Origin: Macrostomum lignano
Taxonomy: Eukaryota
Length of the DNA: 64,000 bases
Assembly: GCA_002269645.1 (NCBI GenBank)
Contig: NIVC01000087.1
Location: 310,001 to 374,000, forward strand
Direction: 5' to 3'
Part shown: positions 49,936 through 61,300 of the stretch, in pieces
Layout: the number at the start of each line of letters is the position of its first letter
Numbering within the stretch: position 1 is the stretch's first letter
The notes under the pieces: generated by a model
The model's database searches: none
What the model saw: only the letters and a program-made list of their open reading frames with translations
Told to the model about the DNA's origin: nothing
Made by a program: the position numbers and the translations under genes

Positions 49936-52900
49936 AACAAACAGACACATAGACAGCAGACAGACAGACAGACAAACAGACAGACACAAAGGCAGGCAGA
50001 CAGACGTTCGCACAGAAGACTGCACCTGTGTCAGCTATTCTTGATGAAGAGTCCGAGCTCTCCTCCACCTCCGGTCTGGCGGCAGGCTGTTGCTGCTCAT
50101 CCAGCTCCTGCTCCTGCTGCTGCTGCTCGGGCAGAGGCGGCTCGGCAGCCACAGCGGCGGCAGCAATGGCCATTCCGGCGTGACTGTTCGCCCGACGATG
50201 CCGCTCGGTAGCCTCGGTGGATGCCGCAGGCGTGGCAGCCGAAGTTGCGGCAGGGGCGGAGGCGACAGCCGAGACAGCAGAAACAGCTGGGCCCCTTGAT
50301 AAAAATGAGAAGAACACAATTAGCCTACTATTAGCCTACTGATTGACCCACCTATTAGCCTACTAATTGACCCACCAATTAGCCTACTAATTGACCCACC
50401 AATTAGTCTACTGATTGACGTAAAATTAGCCTACTAATTGGCCCAACAATCAGCCTACTAATTGACCCAACAAATAGCCTATAATTGACGCACCAATTAG
50501 CCTACTACTTGACGCACCAATTAGCCTACTAATTGATTCACCTATTAGGCTACTAATTGACCCACCAATTAGCCTACTAATTGACCCACCAATTAGTCTA
50601 CTGATTGACACAACAATTAGTCGACTGATTGACGTAAAAATTAGCCTACTAATTGACACAAAAATTAGCCTACTAATTGGCCCAACAATTAGCCTGCTAA
50701 TTGACCCAACAAATAGCCTATAATTGACGCACCAATTAGCCTACTAATAACTAATATACTAGGCTAGGCTAGCTTCAAGCTTTGACCCCAAAAGTGCTAA
50801 GCCAATATAGCTGAGCCACAAATCGAGACTAAATGAGAAATACAAAGAGAACTTACCTGGTTAGGTCAGTGCTGGACCCGGCCATGCTGGAGTGGCGATC
50901 CAGCCGGCTAGACAGCCGCGGCGCCAGCTTGCGAATGCACTCGGCAAACTCGCTAGCCGGACTGCTGGCCTCGTTGGCCAAAAACGGCATCCTGGGCCGG
51001 TCTTGGCTGACCCGAAATTCCAGCATTAGGGGCTTGACGCGGCCGCTGTTGTCAAGAGTCTGTTCGATTATGATGCGAAATTCGGCGCACCTGGCTCGCG
51101 ACGACGAGCCGCCGCCAATTTGGTCCAGTTTACGTCGATTCTCGGTGTCCGTGTCGAATATGTGGACGACGCTTTCCATGGGTATGATTGGCGGGCAGCT
51201 AACTGCGATCAGGCTGGCGTGGCCTGGCGCCGGCTGCTCGCTCGGCGCCGGAGTCTGGGGAAGCGGCAACGACTGCGGCTGTTGTTGCTGCAACTGCTGC
51301 TGCTGCTGCTGATGCTGTTGCTGGGAGGCCAGCGACATACTGGGGCCTGGAATTGTGGGATAATAAATCGTGCATAGGGTTATGACTATGGTCATGTATC
51401 GGGTTTGTGACTATGGTCATGTATCGGGTTATGACTATGGTCATGTATCGGGTTATGACTATGGTCATGTATCGGGTTATGACTATAGTCATGTATCGGG
51501 TTATGACTATGGTCATGTATCGGGTTATGACTGGTCATGTATCGGGTTATAACTATGGTCATGTATCGGGTTATGACTATGGTCATGTATCGGGTTATGA
51601 CTATGGTCATGTATCGGGCTATGACTATGGTCATGTATCGGGTTTGTGACTATGGTCATGTATCGGGTTATGACTATGGTCATGTATCGGGTTATGACTA
51701 GGGGTATGGTCATATATTGATCTATTTAAGTCGATAGAAACACATATGGTCACTAACCAGTTTATGACAGAGGTCATAGAATTGATCATGACTATGATTA
51801 CAGATTAATATACTCACCAAGATGTTTAAGCAGCTGATATTTAGTAGTTCGATTCTCGTCAGACTCGGAGATGACCAATAGGAACTCGGTGAACACGAAC
51901 AGTCGCAGCCGGTAGTTGTCCAAGCCGGGCATGTGCACCTCCCTAGTTAGGTAGAGCCGGCACGTGTGCAAGTGGGAGATCTGGTTTCTGAACCGGTGTA
52001 CCTGGCTCTCGTCCATCATTGATTTTTCCCAGAAATTGGAAAACGATTTACTCAGCACCAGCTGGCGACTGAGCTCTTTCAGCTTGACTCCGATGTTGTT
52101 GCTGTAGTCGCTGATGTCCTTGGCTATGCTTAGGCATGCTTCCAGATTCTCGGCGTCCTTGGCTGCAAAATTGAATTATGGCGTTGTGAAGGAAACCGTT
52201 TTATACTGCTGATCGATGGACTAGACAGCCTGAAAAGCTAGGAGGCTGGCTGCCCAGTCTGAGGATCTGGGAGGCTGGCTGCTCAGCCTGAGGATCTGGG
52301 AGGCTGGCTGCTCAGTCTGAGGATATGGGAGGCTGGCTGCTCAGCCTGAGGATCTGGGAGGCTGGCTGCTCAGCCTGAGGATCTGGGAGGCTGCCTGCTC
52401 AGTCTGAGGATATGGGAGGCTGGCTGCTCAGCCTGAGGATCTGGGAGGCTGGCTGCTCAGCCTGAGGATCTGGGAGGCTGGCTGCTTAGCCTGAGGATCT
52501 ATTGCCTCCCCCATAAATGCTGCATTCCATAACGCAAGCAAACCAGAAGCTCACCAGCAAAACTACAAGCGGACTTGGCCTTCTTAGCCTTCTTAACCGC
52601 GGCATCGAGCAGGGTGACCATTCGCATAGTCTGCTGCATGTTGACGCTGTACAGATCAACAAATCGCCGCTTATTCATAACCGGATGCGCCTCGGCCCGG
52701 CTGAAGAAGCCGTTAAAGTCCTGATTGTCGCGGCGCAGGCTGATCAGCTTCAGTATAATATCGTCCTCATTAATATTAGATGTCTTACGTTTCGTGGCGG
52801 TTTTAGCAAACCCGAAGCTCAGACTAAGCCGTTTAAATTCGAACACGTGATCGTCCGCGGTGTACCAGGCTAACAGGCGCTCGCCGAACTGTTCCAGCAA

Positions 52901-55900
52901 GCAGGCGCTAATGCGGAATTCTTCAAGGCTCGGGCCTCGCAAACTTGCTAGCAGGCTTTTGTACAGGGCGATGCAATCGGGCACGAAGTGCAGCCCCAGC
53001 TGGTTGAGCGTCTCTTTGTAGGCGGCCGGCCAGTGCTGCACAAACAGCTGCTGCAGAATGGTCAGAGCGCGCAGGTGGCTCATGGAGCTGAACACCATCT
53101 CGTGCAGAGCTAGCTGGTATTCTTTCAGTCTGTCAAAGTCTTTGTCGTAGGTTTTTCTTAATTCCGCTAATCGGCCGTTCAGATCCATGTCCATTATGTA
53201 GGCGTGAAAGTCCACCTGTACGGACCGGATGTCCGGGTGCCCGCTCACGTGGTCGCTTGGCGCTAGCGGCTGCGGCGGCTGCGTACGGGCCTGCTGAGAA
53301 CTCTCATCCTTAGCTTGGTCCTGCATTGGAGAGGATTAAATAAGGCATTGGGAGCAATAGGCTGGGATATTTGGTGCAGGAATGGGATCACACAGACTCA
53401 TGAGTTTCGCAGCTGGGATAATGGGGTCATCATAGCTGGGATAATAGGGTCATCATAGCTGGAATAATAGGGTCATCTGGGATAAGCTGGGTCATCAGGG
53501 GGTCATCAAGCAGGGGTCAGGATCATCAGGTGGTCAGGGGGTCATCATAGGGTCATCATTGCTGGGATAATGGGGTCACCACAGCTGGGATAATAGGGAT
53601 CATCATAGCTGGGATAATAGGATCATCATAGCTGGGATAATGGGGTCATCATAGCTAAGATAATGGGGTCATTATAGCTAAGATAATGGGGTCATCATAG
53701 CTAAGATAATGGGATCATCATAGCTGGCATAATGGGGTCATCATAGCTGGGATAATAAGGTCATCATAGCTGGGATAATGGGATCATCATAGCTGGCATA
53801 ATGGGGTCATTATAGCTGGGATAATAGGGTCATCATAGTTAAGATAATGGGGTCATCATAGCTAAGATAATGGGATCATCATAGCTGGCATAATGGGGTC
53901 ATCATAGCTGGGATAATAGGGTCATCATAGCTGGGATAATGGGATCATCATAGCTGGCATAATGGGGTCATTATAGCTGGGATAATAGGGTCATCATAGC
54001 TAAGATAATGGGGTCATCATAGCTAAGATAATGGGATCATCATAGCTGGCATAATGGGGTCATCATAGCTGGGATAATAGGGTCATCATAGCTGGGATAA
54101 TGGGATCATCATAGCTGGCATAATGGGGTCATTATAGCTGGGATAATAGGGTAATCATAGCTGGGATAATAGGGTAATCATAGCTAAGATAATGGGATCA
54201 TCATAGCTAATATAATGGGATCATCATAGCTGGCATAATGGGGTAATCATAGCTGGGATAATGGGATCATCATAGCTGGCATAATGGGGTCATCATAGCT
54301 GGGATAATAGGGTCATCATAGCTGGGATAATAGGGTTATCATAGCTGGGATAATAGGGTCATCATAGCTGGGATAATGGGGTCATCATAGCTGGGATAAT
54401 GGGGTCATCATAGCTGGGATAATAGGGTCATCATAGCTGGGATAATAGGGTCATCATAGCTGGAATAATAGGGTCATCTGGGATAAGCTGGGTCATCAAG
54501 CAGGGGTCAGGATCATCAGGTGGTCAGGGGGTCATCATAGGGTCATCATTGCTGGGATAATGGGGTCACCACAGCTGGGATAATAGGGATCATCATAGCT
54601 GGGATAATAGGATCATCATAGCTGGGATAATAGGGATCATCATAGCTGGGATAATAGGATCATCATAGCTGGGATAATAGGATCATCATAGCTGGGATAA
54701 TAGGATCATCATAGCTGGGATAATGGGATCGTGAGCAAGAAACAAAAAGCTCCCATTAGGCTCACAGATTCAGAATCTGCAGCAGCAGCAGACGGAGTGG
54801 CTGACAGTTCGCCGTTGGCAGGCGACAGCGGCTGCAGGCTGGGCGAGCGGGACTGGCGGCCGAGGGCGGCGGCCGTGGCGATAGAATCGGCCTCGGGCAG
54901 GTCGACGACTTCTGAGGATTAGCAGTTATTGAGAATACACTTAGTACACTATTTCCAACAACGTACACGCTCACCTAGACTTTCTCATCGTCGGGTACGT
55001 AGACTCCCCGATGAAAACATATTTATAACAAGTCTATTTAGACTACTTGAGTTAGTAGAAAGTTAGGACTCTTAGTAGGCGACGAGTTCGCGACTCTTTT
55101 TTACGATTCTGCAACACACGTGATGCGCTCGTGACTCAACAGTCGCCTCTCTGTTGCACTGCAGTTACTCGTATTTAGCGAATATTGTCATGGTAACGTT
55201 TTCAACAGGCTAGCAAAATTCTTGATTTATTGCAACTGTGCTCAACAGGAATCCCGCCTGTAAACTAACGGAGCAAGCTTTACAAGTTTAAATCGTGATT
55301 GAGACTGAAGCAAACAAAAAACACAACATATATCTTACGAATAGCCGAAGCTGGGTCAGACGACTGTTGGCTTTGTCGGCGCAAATTCTGCTGCTGCTGC
55401 TGCCGCAAGAGTCCATCGCTATCAAGACTTGAAGACATGGCCTGAGACGAAGCCGGATGCTGAGACGGATGTTGCGCATGCGGCGGCGGCTGCGGCGGCT
55501 TCTGACTGCCTGGTGGCACTGGAATTGACAGCCAGTTGATTTTTTGTTAATAAATCAATTAAAAGTAGATAATACATATAGAATTTCACTAAACGCGCCG
55601 CTTGTAGGGGGGGGGGGAACAGCGAGTTTGCTTAATCAAATTAGATTATTAGCAGGAAAGAAAACCAACAAAAGCAAAACGGTTTGAAAATCAATTTTTT
55701 CAAGTGCAAAGGAGTACGTAGGCTGAGTAAACAGGCAAGATAGGATAAATCATGGGATATTTACGCAGTTGTGAGACAGAAAAAACTATATATTCAATCA
55801 AAGAACTGTTAGTATTATCTGAATTCATTAACCCTGACTTTGCATTGCAACAGATGGGGCTATCAGCAGTTTCTCTATAATTATTAACACCATCTAATAA

Positions 55901-58303
55901 AGCTTAAATTTGGATTATTATCGCACTGTAGGATAGCGTTAAAGCATTTTTTCAAAATACCAAGTCTAAATCGTTTTTAATACCGACAAAACACCTCGAG
56001 GTAAGAGTGCTAGTTAAGGGTTGGGGGTAGCGGGCGGTCAGCTGAGAGACAGGGGGATGGGGGTAGCGGGCGGTCAGCTGAGAGACAGGGGGATGGGGGT
56101 AGCGGGCGGTCAGCTGAGAGACAGGGGGATGGGTGTAGCGGGCGGTCAGCTGAGAGACAGGGGGATGGGGGTAGCGGGCGGTCAGCTGAGAGACAGGGGG
56201 TTGGTGGTAGTGGTCGGTCAGCTGAGAAAACAGGGGGTTGGGGGTAGCGGGCGGTCAGCTGAGAGACAGGGGGATGGGGGTAGCGGGCGGTCAGCTGAGA
56301 GACAGGGGGTTGGTGGTAGTGGTCGGTCAGCTGAGAAAACAGGGGGTTGGGGGCAGCGGGCGGTCAGCTGAGAGACAGGGGGTTGAGGTCTTAGCTAAAG
56401 ATGGACACACGTGACGCTCTCAGTTGTAAATAAACGATAGCAGCGAATCAACATGTTACGATAGGCATCCCGTAGTCTAAAAAAGGCACTAAACAAATGA
56501 GCCGAGAAGTACCGTCATCTTCTTGCTGTTCATTGGTTGAGTCCGGCTCCAAGTCAAAAAAGGTCGACTTGCCAGACTTCCGACGCGTTGTGTCAGCCAA
56601 CCAGGAGCGTCCTATGTATACGTACGTATTACAGTTAGCGAATTGCGCTACTTAAAGTAGAAATAAAAGATTTTTTGCAGCCAAAATAAATGCAAGCTAA
56701 TAAAAACACAAAGCGTTTTCGCTATCAAGAATACAGGTAAAATGATAACATTGTGTGGAGACAAACACTGGATAGTGAAAAGTGCAAATGACAGATAGGC
56801 GCTGGAAAATTGAATAATTGCAAGCTGAGTAAGATTTAGCAAGCTGAGCAAGGCGGAGAACACGTGCATACTAACTAGCACATCAATACCTAAACTTCTT
56901 GTACCTTTAAATGAGCCGCTTGACTTGTGTCCGTGATCTTCTTTATAGTAGAAGAAAGTTTAGAAAAAATATTAATAAATTATATGCAATTATGCCGCTA
57001 GTAAATAAAAGTACAATAAAATACGAGTATATAGACAATAAGCGCAACTTACTACTTTCCCGCGAGCTGCTCAGACTGCGAGCCAGTATGCTTAGCTTAG
57101 AGGTTGTGCAGCTAATTGGCTTGACCTTGTCCATGCAGGACTTGTGCGCCGCCACTTCGCAGTCGCCAACTGTTTAAAGGATAATGAGGCCCGGGGTTGG
57201 GAAATTTACTATTATATTGAGTACTTGACCTTCAGTTCTTTACTAAATCAGAAATCAATACCTATAGCGGGTCACAAATGCTACTCAGCGGGTCATAAAT
57301 GCTACTCAGTGAGTCACCGATGATTACTCAGCGGGTCACAAATGCTACTCAGTGGGTCACAAATGCTACTCAGCGGGTCACAAATACTACTCAGCGGGTC
57401 ACAAATGCTACTCAGTGGGTCACCGATGATTACTCAGTGGGTCACAAATGCTACTCAGTGGGTCACCGATGATTACTCAGTGGGTCACAAATGCTACTCA
57501 GCGGGTCACAAATGCTACTCAGTGGGTCACCGATGATTACTCAGTGGGTCACAGATGCTACTCAATGGGTCACAAATGCTACTCAGTGGGTCACAAATGC
57601 TACTCAGTGGGTCACCGATGATTACTCAGTGGGTCACAAATGCTACTCAATGGGTCACAAATGCTACTCAGTAGGTCACAAATGCTACTCAGTGGGTCAC
57701 AAATGCTACTCAGTGGGTCACCGATGATTACTCAGTGGGTCACAAATGCTACTCAATGGGTCACAAATGCTACTCAGTGGGTCACTGATGATTACTCAGT
57801 GGGTCACAAATGCTACTCAGCGGGTCACAAATGCTACTCAGTGGGTCACCCGAGAACGCAAACGCCAGCCAACCTGTGCAAACGTATCCCTGCGGCCCGG
57901 GCCCGGCCAGCAGGCGGCCACAAGCGGAGCAGGGATGCAGCCGGTCCAGCTCAACCAATCTGAGCAGATGCGGGCCACGCTTCTCAAACGTCGCCGAAGA
58001 CCGCCGCCCGGCGCCGCCGCGGCTCTGTCGCGGACAATTCAACACCGCAGCTGGCCAAAAATCGTTGGCAGCCGTATCGCCCGGTCGCAAATGAAACACG
58101 TGCTCGAGCACGGTTGCTAAGCAACCGGCCTCTAGATCGCCTCCGAACGAAGCGCTAGCTAGGAATTGCAGATGAGCCTGCATGATTGGCCTAGACTTGT
58201 TTAGAAACAGTTGCTGCTTTTCCTCGGACAGGTCCTCGCGCAGGCTGTCTATGGCCGGGAGAATGTCCGACACGAAGCCGTCCCGGCGTTTGGCGAGAAC
58301 CTC
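42303..58303 (-). CDS. RH-RhoGEF-like gene (RhoGEF2/ARHGEF1/11/12 family), 13 exons, 1235 aa in window, 5' end not found in the window
   Basis: Exons 58303-57874, 57169-57053, 56611-56513, 55518-55339, 54911-54766, 53320-52555, 52162-51818, 51346-50857, 50294-50026, 49339-49197, 47942-47697, 44740-44530, 42568-42303 all have AG/GT boundaries and matching phases, totalling 3708 nt and ending in TAG. Contains a complete C1 zinc finger across a splice junction, a DH domain aligning to LARG ([10 protein letters not shown] vs IGEDLLTWFS; FFSRAEAHP vs FVQDAESNP) and a PH-like domain. Confidence 0.85.
42640..43405. repeat. 197-bp tandem repeat (about 3 copies) built from diverged ~38-bp subunits, in the last RhoGEF intron
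   Basis: Identical blocks 197 bp apart; subunit GAATCTGTTGTGGTTGGGGGAGGTCAACTGACACCTCATG. Confidence 0.9.
43948..44497. repeat. 13-bp (CTGACTGGTCATT)n grading into the 25-bp unit CTGACTGGTCATTCATTCGGTCATT
   Basis: The 25-mer is the reverse complement of the 32795-34702 monomer. Confidence 0.93.
44530..44740 (-). CDS. RhoGEF exon L
   Basis: ATGCAG|GAA acceptor, G|GTGAGT donor; [22 protein letters not shown]... Confidence 0.78.
44868..45545. repeat. (TGTC)n/(TATC)n compound microsatellite
   Basis: Direct inspection. Confidence 0.95.
46545..47590. repeat. (TGTC)n/(TGCC)n compound microsatellite
   Basis: Direct inspection. Confidence 0.95.
47697..47942 (-). CDS. RhoGEF exon K (helical tail segment)
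   Basis: CTCGCAG|CAA acceptor, GAG|GTGAGC donor, 246 nt, phase 0/0. Confidence 0.75.
48385..48827. mobile_element. Non-autonomous TIR element (MITE), about 440 bp, intronic
   Basis: TIRs CTAGAATAACTAAATGGGCCACTCAG / CTGAGTGGGCCATCTAGTTATTTTAG; subterminal inverted pair CTACTTTCAGTTCAGTAGCAA / TTGCTACTGAACTGAAAGTAG; highly similar copy at 41172-41597. Confidence 0.85.
49197..49339 (-). CDS. RhoGEF exon J (possible coiled coil)
   Basis: CTCGCAG|AG acceptor, GAG|GTGAGA donor; [27 protein letters not shown]. Confidence 0.75.
49363..50005. repeat. (GATA)n followed by (GACA)n compound microsatellite
   Basis: Direct inspection. Confidence 0.95.
50026..50294 (-). CDS. RhoGEF exon I (A/E/Q-rich tail)
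   Basis: TTTTTATCAAG|G acceptor, G|GTGCAG donor, phase 2/1. Confidence 0.72.
50318..50748. repeat. Diverged 24-bp minisatellite AATTAGCCTACTAATTGACCCACC
   Basis: Direct inspection. Confidence 0.88.
50857..51346 (-). CDS. RhoGEF exon H: polyQ insert and PH C-terminal half
   Basis: TTCCAG|GC acceptor, AG|GTAAGT donor; [10 protein letters not shown]...LMLEFRV...EFAECIRKL. Confidence 0.85.
51376..51700. repeat. 24-bp minisatellite GACTATGGTCATGTATCGGGTTAT
   Basis: Direct inspection. Confidence 0.95.
51818..52162 (-). CDS. RhoGEF exon G: DH C-terminal helix and PH N-terminus
   Basis: TTTTGCAG|CC acceptor, G|GTGAGT donor; [20 protein letters not shown]...[15 protein letters not shown]. Confidence 0.88.
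52238..52500. repeat. 29-bp minisatellite GGAGGCTGGCTGCTCAGCCTGAGGATCTG
   Basis: Direct inspection. Confidence 0.95.
52555..53320 (-). CDS. RhoGEF exon F: most of the DH domain
   Basis: ATGCAG|GAC acceptor, G|GTGAGC donor; [22 protein letters not shown] (CR1) ... [12 protein letters not shown] (CR3). Confidence 0.9.
53410..54730. repeat. 23-bp minisatellite ATAGCTGGGATAATGGGGTCATC
   Basis: Direct inspection; irregular junction block duplicated about 1 kb apart. Confidence 0.95.
54766..54911 (-). CDS. RhoGEF exon E (linker)
   Basis: CCTCAG|AA acceptor, TCT|GTGAGC donor, phase 1/0; [27 protein letters not shown]. Confidence 0.75.
55339..55518 (-). CDS. RhoGEF exon D (P/Q/S-rich linker)
   Basis: TTCCAG|TG acceptor, C|GTAAGA donor, 180 nt, phase 1/1. 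Confidence 0.75.
56018..56385. repeat. 33-bp G-rich minisatellite GGGGTAGCGGGCGGTCAGCTGAGAGACAGGGGG
   Basis: Direct inspection. Confidence 0.93.
56513..56611 (-). CDS. RhoGEF exon C (99 nt)
   Basis: CATAG|GA acceptor, weaker G|GTACTT donor, phase 1/1; [33 protein letters not shown]. Confidence 0.65.
57053..57169 (-). CDS. RhoGEF exon B: second half of C1 domain
   Basis: AAACAG|TT acceptor and A|GTAAGT donor. The join gives [23 protein letters not shown], completing H-x12-C-x2-C-x13-C-x4-C-x4-H-x2-C-x8-C. Confidence 0.88.
57268..57850. repeat. 21/22-bp minisatellite GGGTCACAAATGCTACTCAGT / GGGTCACCGATGATTACTCAGT
   Basis: Direct inspection. Confidence 0.95.
57874..58303 (-). CDS. RhoGEF exon A: putative RH-domain C-terminus and first half of C1 domain
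   Basis: CCTCAG|GAG acceptor, ACAG|GTTGGC donor; [10 protein letters not shown]...[10 protein letters not shown]...[32 protein letters not shown]. Confidence 0.8.
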
Positions 58304-58334
58304 CTGAGGTGGATCGAAAAGATAATATATAACC

Positions 58335-61300
58335 ACTGTGTGACCTAAGAGGCGACGTCTTATAAAGTGGTTCACAATGGTAGGTCGCTACTGTGTGACC
58401 TGAGAAGTGTGTGGTCTCATAACGTGGGTCACAATGGTAGGTCACCACTGTGTGACCTGAGAAGTGTGTGGTCTCATAAAGTGGGTCACAATGGTAGGTC
58501 ACCACTGTGTGACCTGAGAAGTGTGTGGTCTCATAACGTGGGTCACAATGGTAGGTCGCTACTGTGTGACCTGAGAAGTGTGTGGTCTCATAAAGTGGGT
58601 CACAATGGTAGGTCACCACTGTGATCTGAGAGGTGACGTCTCATAAAGTGGGTCACAATGGTAGGTCGTCACTGTGTGACCTGAGAAGTGTGTGGTCTTA
58701 TAAAGTGGGTCACAATGGTAGGTCACCACTGTGATCTGAGAGGTGACGACTCATAAAGTGGGTCACAATGGTAAGTCACCACTGTGTGACCTGAGAAGTG
58801 TGTGGTCTCATAAAGTGGTTCACAATGGTAAGTCACCACTGTGTGACCTGAGAAGTGTGTGGTCTGATAAAGTGGTTCACAATGGTAAGTCACCACTGTG
58901 TGACCTGAGAAGTGTGTGGTCTCATAAAGTGGTTAACAATGGTAGGTCACCACTGTGACCTGAGAAGTGTGTGGTCTCATAAAGTGGTTCACAATGGTAA
59001 GTCACCACTGTGTGACCAGAGAAGTGTGTGGTCTCATAAAGTGGTTCACAATGGTAGGTCGCTACTGTGTGACCAGAGAAGTGTGTGGTCTCATAACGTG
59101 GTTCACAATGGTAGGTCGCTACTGTGTGACCTGAGAAGTGTGTGGTCTCATAACGTGGTTCACAATGGTAGGTCGCTACTGTGTGACCTGAGAAGTGTGT
59201 GGTCTCATAAAGTGGTTCACAATGGTAGGTCGCTACTGTGTGACCTGAGAAGTGTGTGGTCTCATAACGTGGGTCACAATGGTAGGTCGCTACTGTGTGA
59301 CCTGAGAAGTGTGTGGTCTCATAAAGTGGTTCACAATGGTAGGTCGCTACTGTGTAACCTGAGAAGTGTGTGGTCTCATAAAGTGGGTCACAATGGTAAG
59401 TCGTCACTGTGTGACCTGAGAAGTGTGTGGTCTCATAACGTGGGTCACAATGGTAGGTCGCTACTGTGTGACCTGAGAAGTGTGTGGTCTCATAAAGTGG
59501 GTCACAATGGTAGGTCATCACTGTGATCTGAGAGGTGACGTCTTATAAAGTGGGTCACAATGGTAGGTCGCTACTGTGATCTGAGAGGTGACGTCTCATA
59601 AAGTGGGTCACAATGGTAAGTCGTCACTGTGTGACCTGAGAAGTGTGTGGTCTCATAAAGTGGTTCACAATGGTAAGTCGTCACTGTGTGACCTGAGAAG
59701 TGTGTGGTCTCATAAAGTGGTTCACAATGGTAAGTCGTCACTGTGTGACGTGAGAAGTGTGTGGTCTCATAAAGTGGTTCACAATGGTAAGTCACCACTG
59801 TGTGACCTGAGAAGTGTGTGGTCTCATAAAGTGGTTCACAATGGTAAGTCGTCACTGTGTGACCTGAGAAGTGTGTGGTCTCATAAAGTGGTTCACAATG
59901 GTAAGTCGTCACTGTGTGACCTGAGAAGTGTGTGGTCTCATAAAGTGGTTCACAATGGTAAGTCGTCACTGTGTGACCTGAGAAGTGTGTGGTCTCATAA
60001 AGTGGTTCACAATGGTAAGTCGTCACTGTGTGACCTGAGAAGTGTGTGGTCTCATAAAGTGGTTCACAATGGTAAGTCGTCACTGTGTGACCTGAGAAGT
60101 GTGTGGTCTGATAAAGTGGTTCACAATGGTAAGTCACCACTGTGTGACCTGAGAAGTGTGTGGTCTCATAAAGTGGTTAACAATGGTAGGTCACCACTGT
60201 GACCTGAGAAGTGTGTGGTCTCATAAAGTGGTTCACAATGGTAAGTCACCACTGTGTGACCAGAGAAGTGTGTGGTCTCATAAAGTGGTTCACAATGGTA
60301 GGTCGCTACTGTGTGACCAGAGAAGTGTGTGGTCTCATAACGTGGTTCACAATGGTAGGTCGCTACTGTGTGACCTGAGAAGTGTGTGGTCTCATAACGT
60401 GGTTCACAATGGTAGGTCGCTACTGTGTGACCTGAGAAGTGTGTGGTCTCATAAAGTGGTTCACAATGGTAGGTCGCTACTGTGTGACCTGAGAAGTGTG
60501 TGGTCTCATAACGTGGGTCACAATGGTAGGTCGCTACTGTGTGACCTGAGAAGTGTGTGGTCTCATAAAGTGGTTCACAATGGTAGGTCGCTACTGTGTA
60601 ACCTGAGAAGTGTGTGGTCTCATAAAGTGGGTCACAATGGTAAGTCGTCACTGTGTGACCTGAGAAGTGTGTGGTCTCATAACGTGGGTCACAATGGTAG
60701 GTCGCTACTGTGTGACCTGAGAAGTGTGTGGTCTCATAAAGTGGGTCACAATGGTAGGTCATCACTGTGATCTGAGAGGTGACGTCTTATAAAGTGGGTC
60801 ACAATGGTAGGTCGCTACTGTGATCTGAGAGGTGACGTCTCATAAAGTGGGTCACAATGGTAAGTCGTCACTGTGTGACCTGAGAAGTGTGTGGTCTCAT
60901 AAAGTGGTTCACAATGGTAAGTCGTCACTGTGTGACCTGAGAAGTGTGTGGTCTCATAAAGTGGTTCACAATGGTAAGTCGTCACTGTGTGACGTGAGAA
61001 GTGTGTGGTCTCATAAAGTGGTTCACAATGGTAAGTCACCACTGTGTGACCTGAGAAGTGTGTGGTCTCATAAAGTGGTTCACAATGGTAAGTCGTCACT
61101 GTGTGACCTGAGAAGTGTGTGGTCTCATAAAGTGGTTCACAATGGTAAGTCGTCACTGTGTGACCTGAGAAGTGTGTGGTCTCATAAAGTGGTTCACAAT
61201 GGTAAGTCGTCACTGTGTGACCTGAGAAGTGTGTGGTCTCATAAAGTGGTTCACAATGGTAAGTCGTCACTGTGTGACCTGAGAAGTGTGTGGTCTCATA

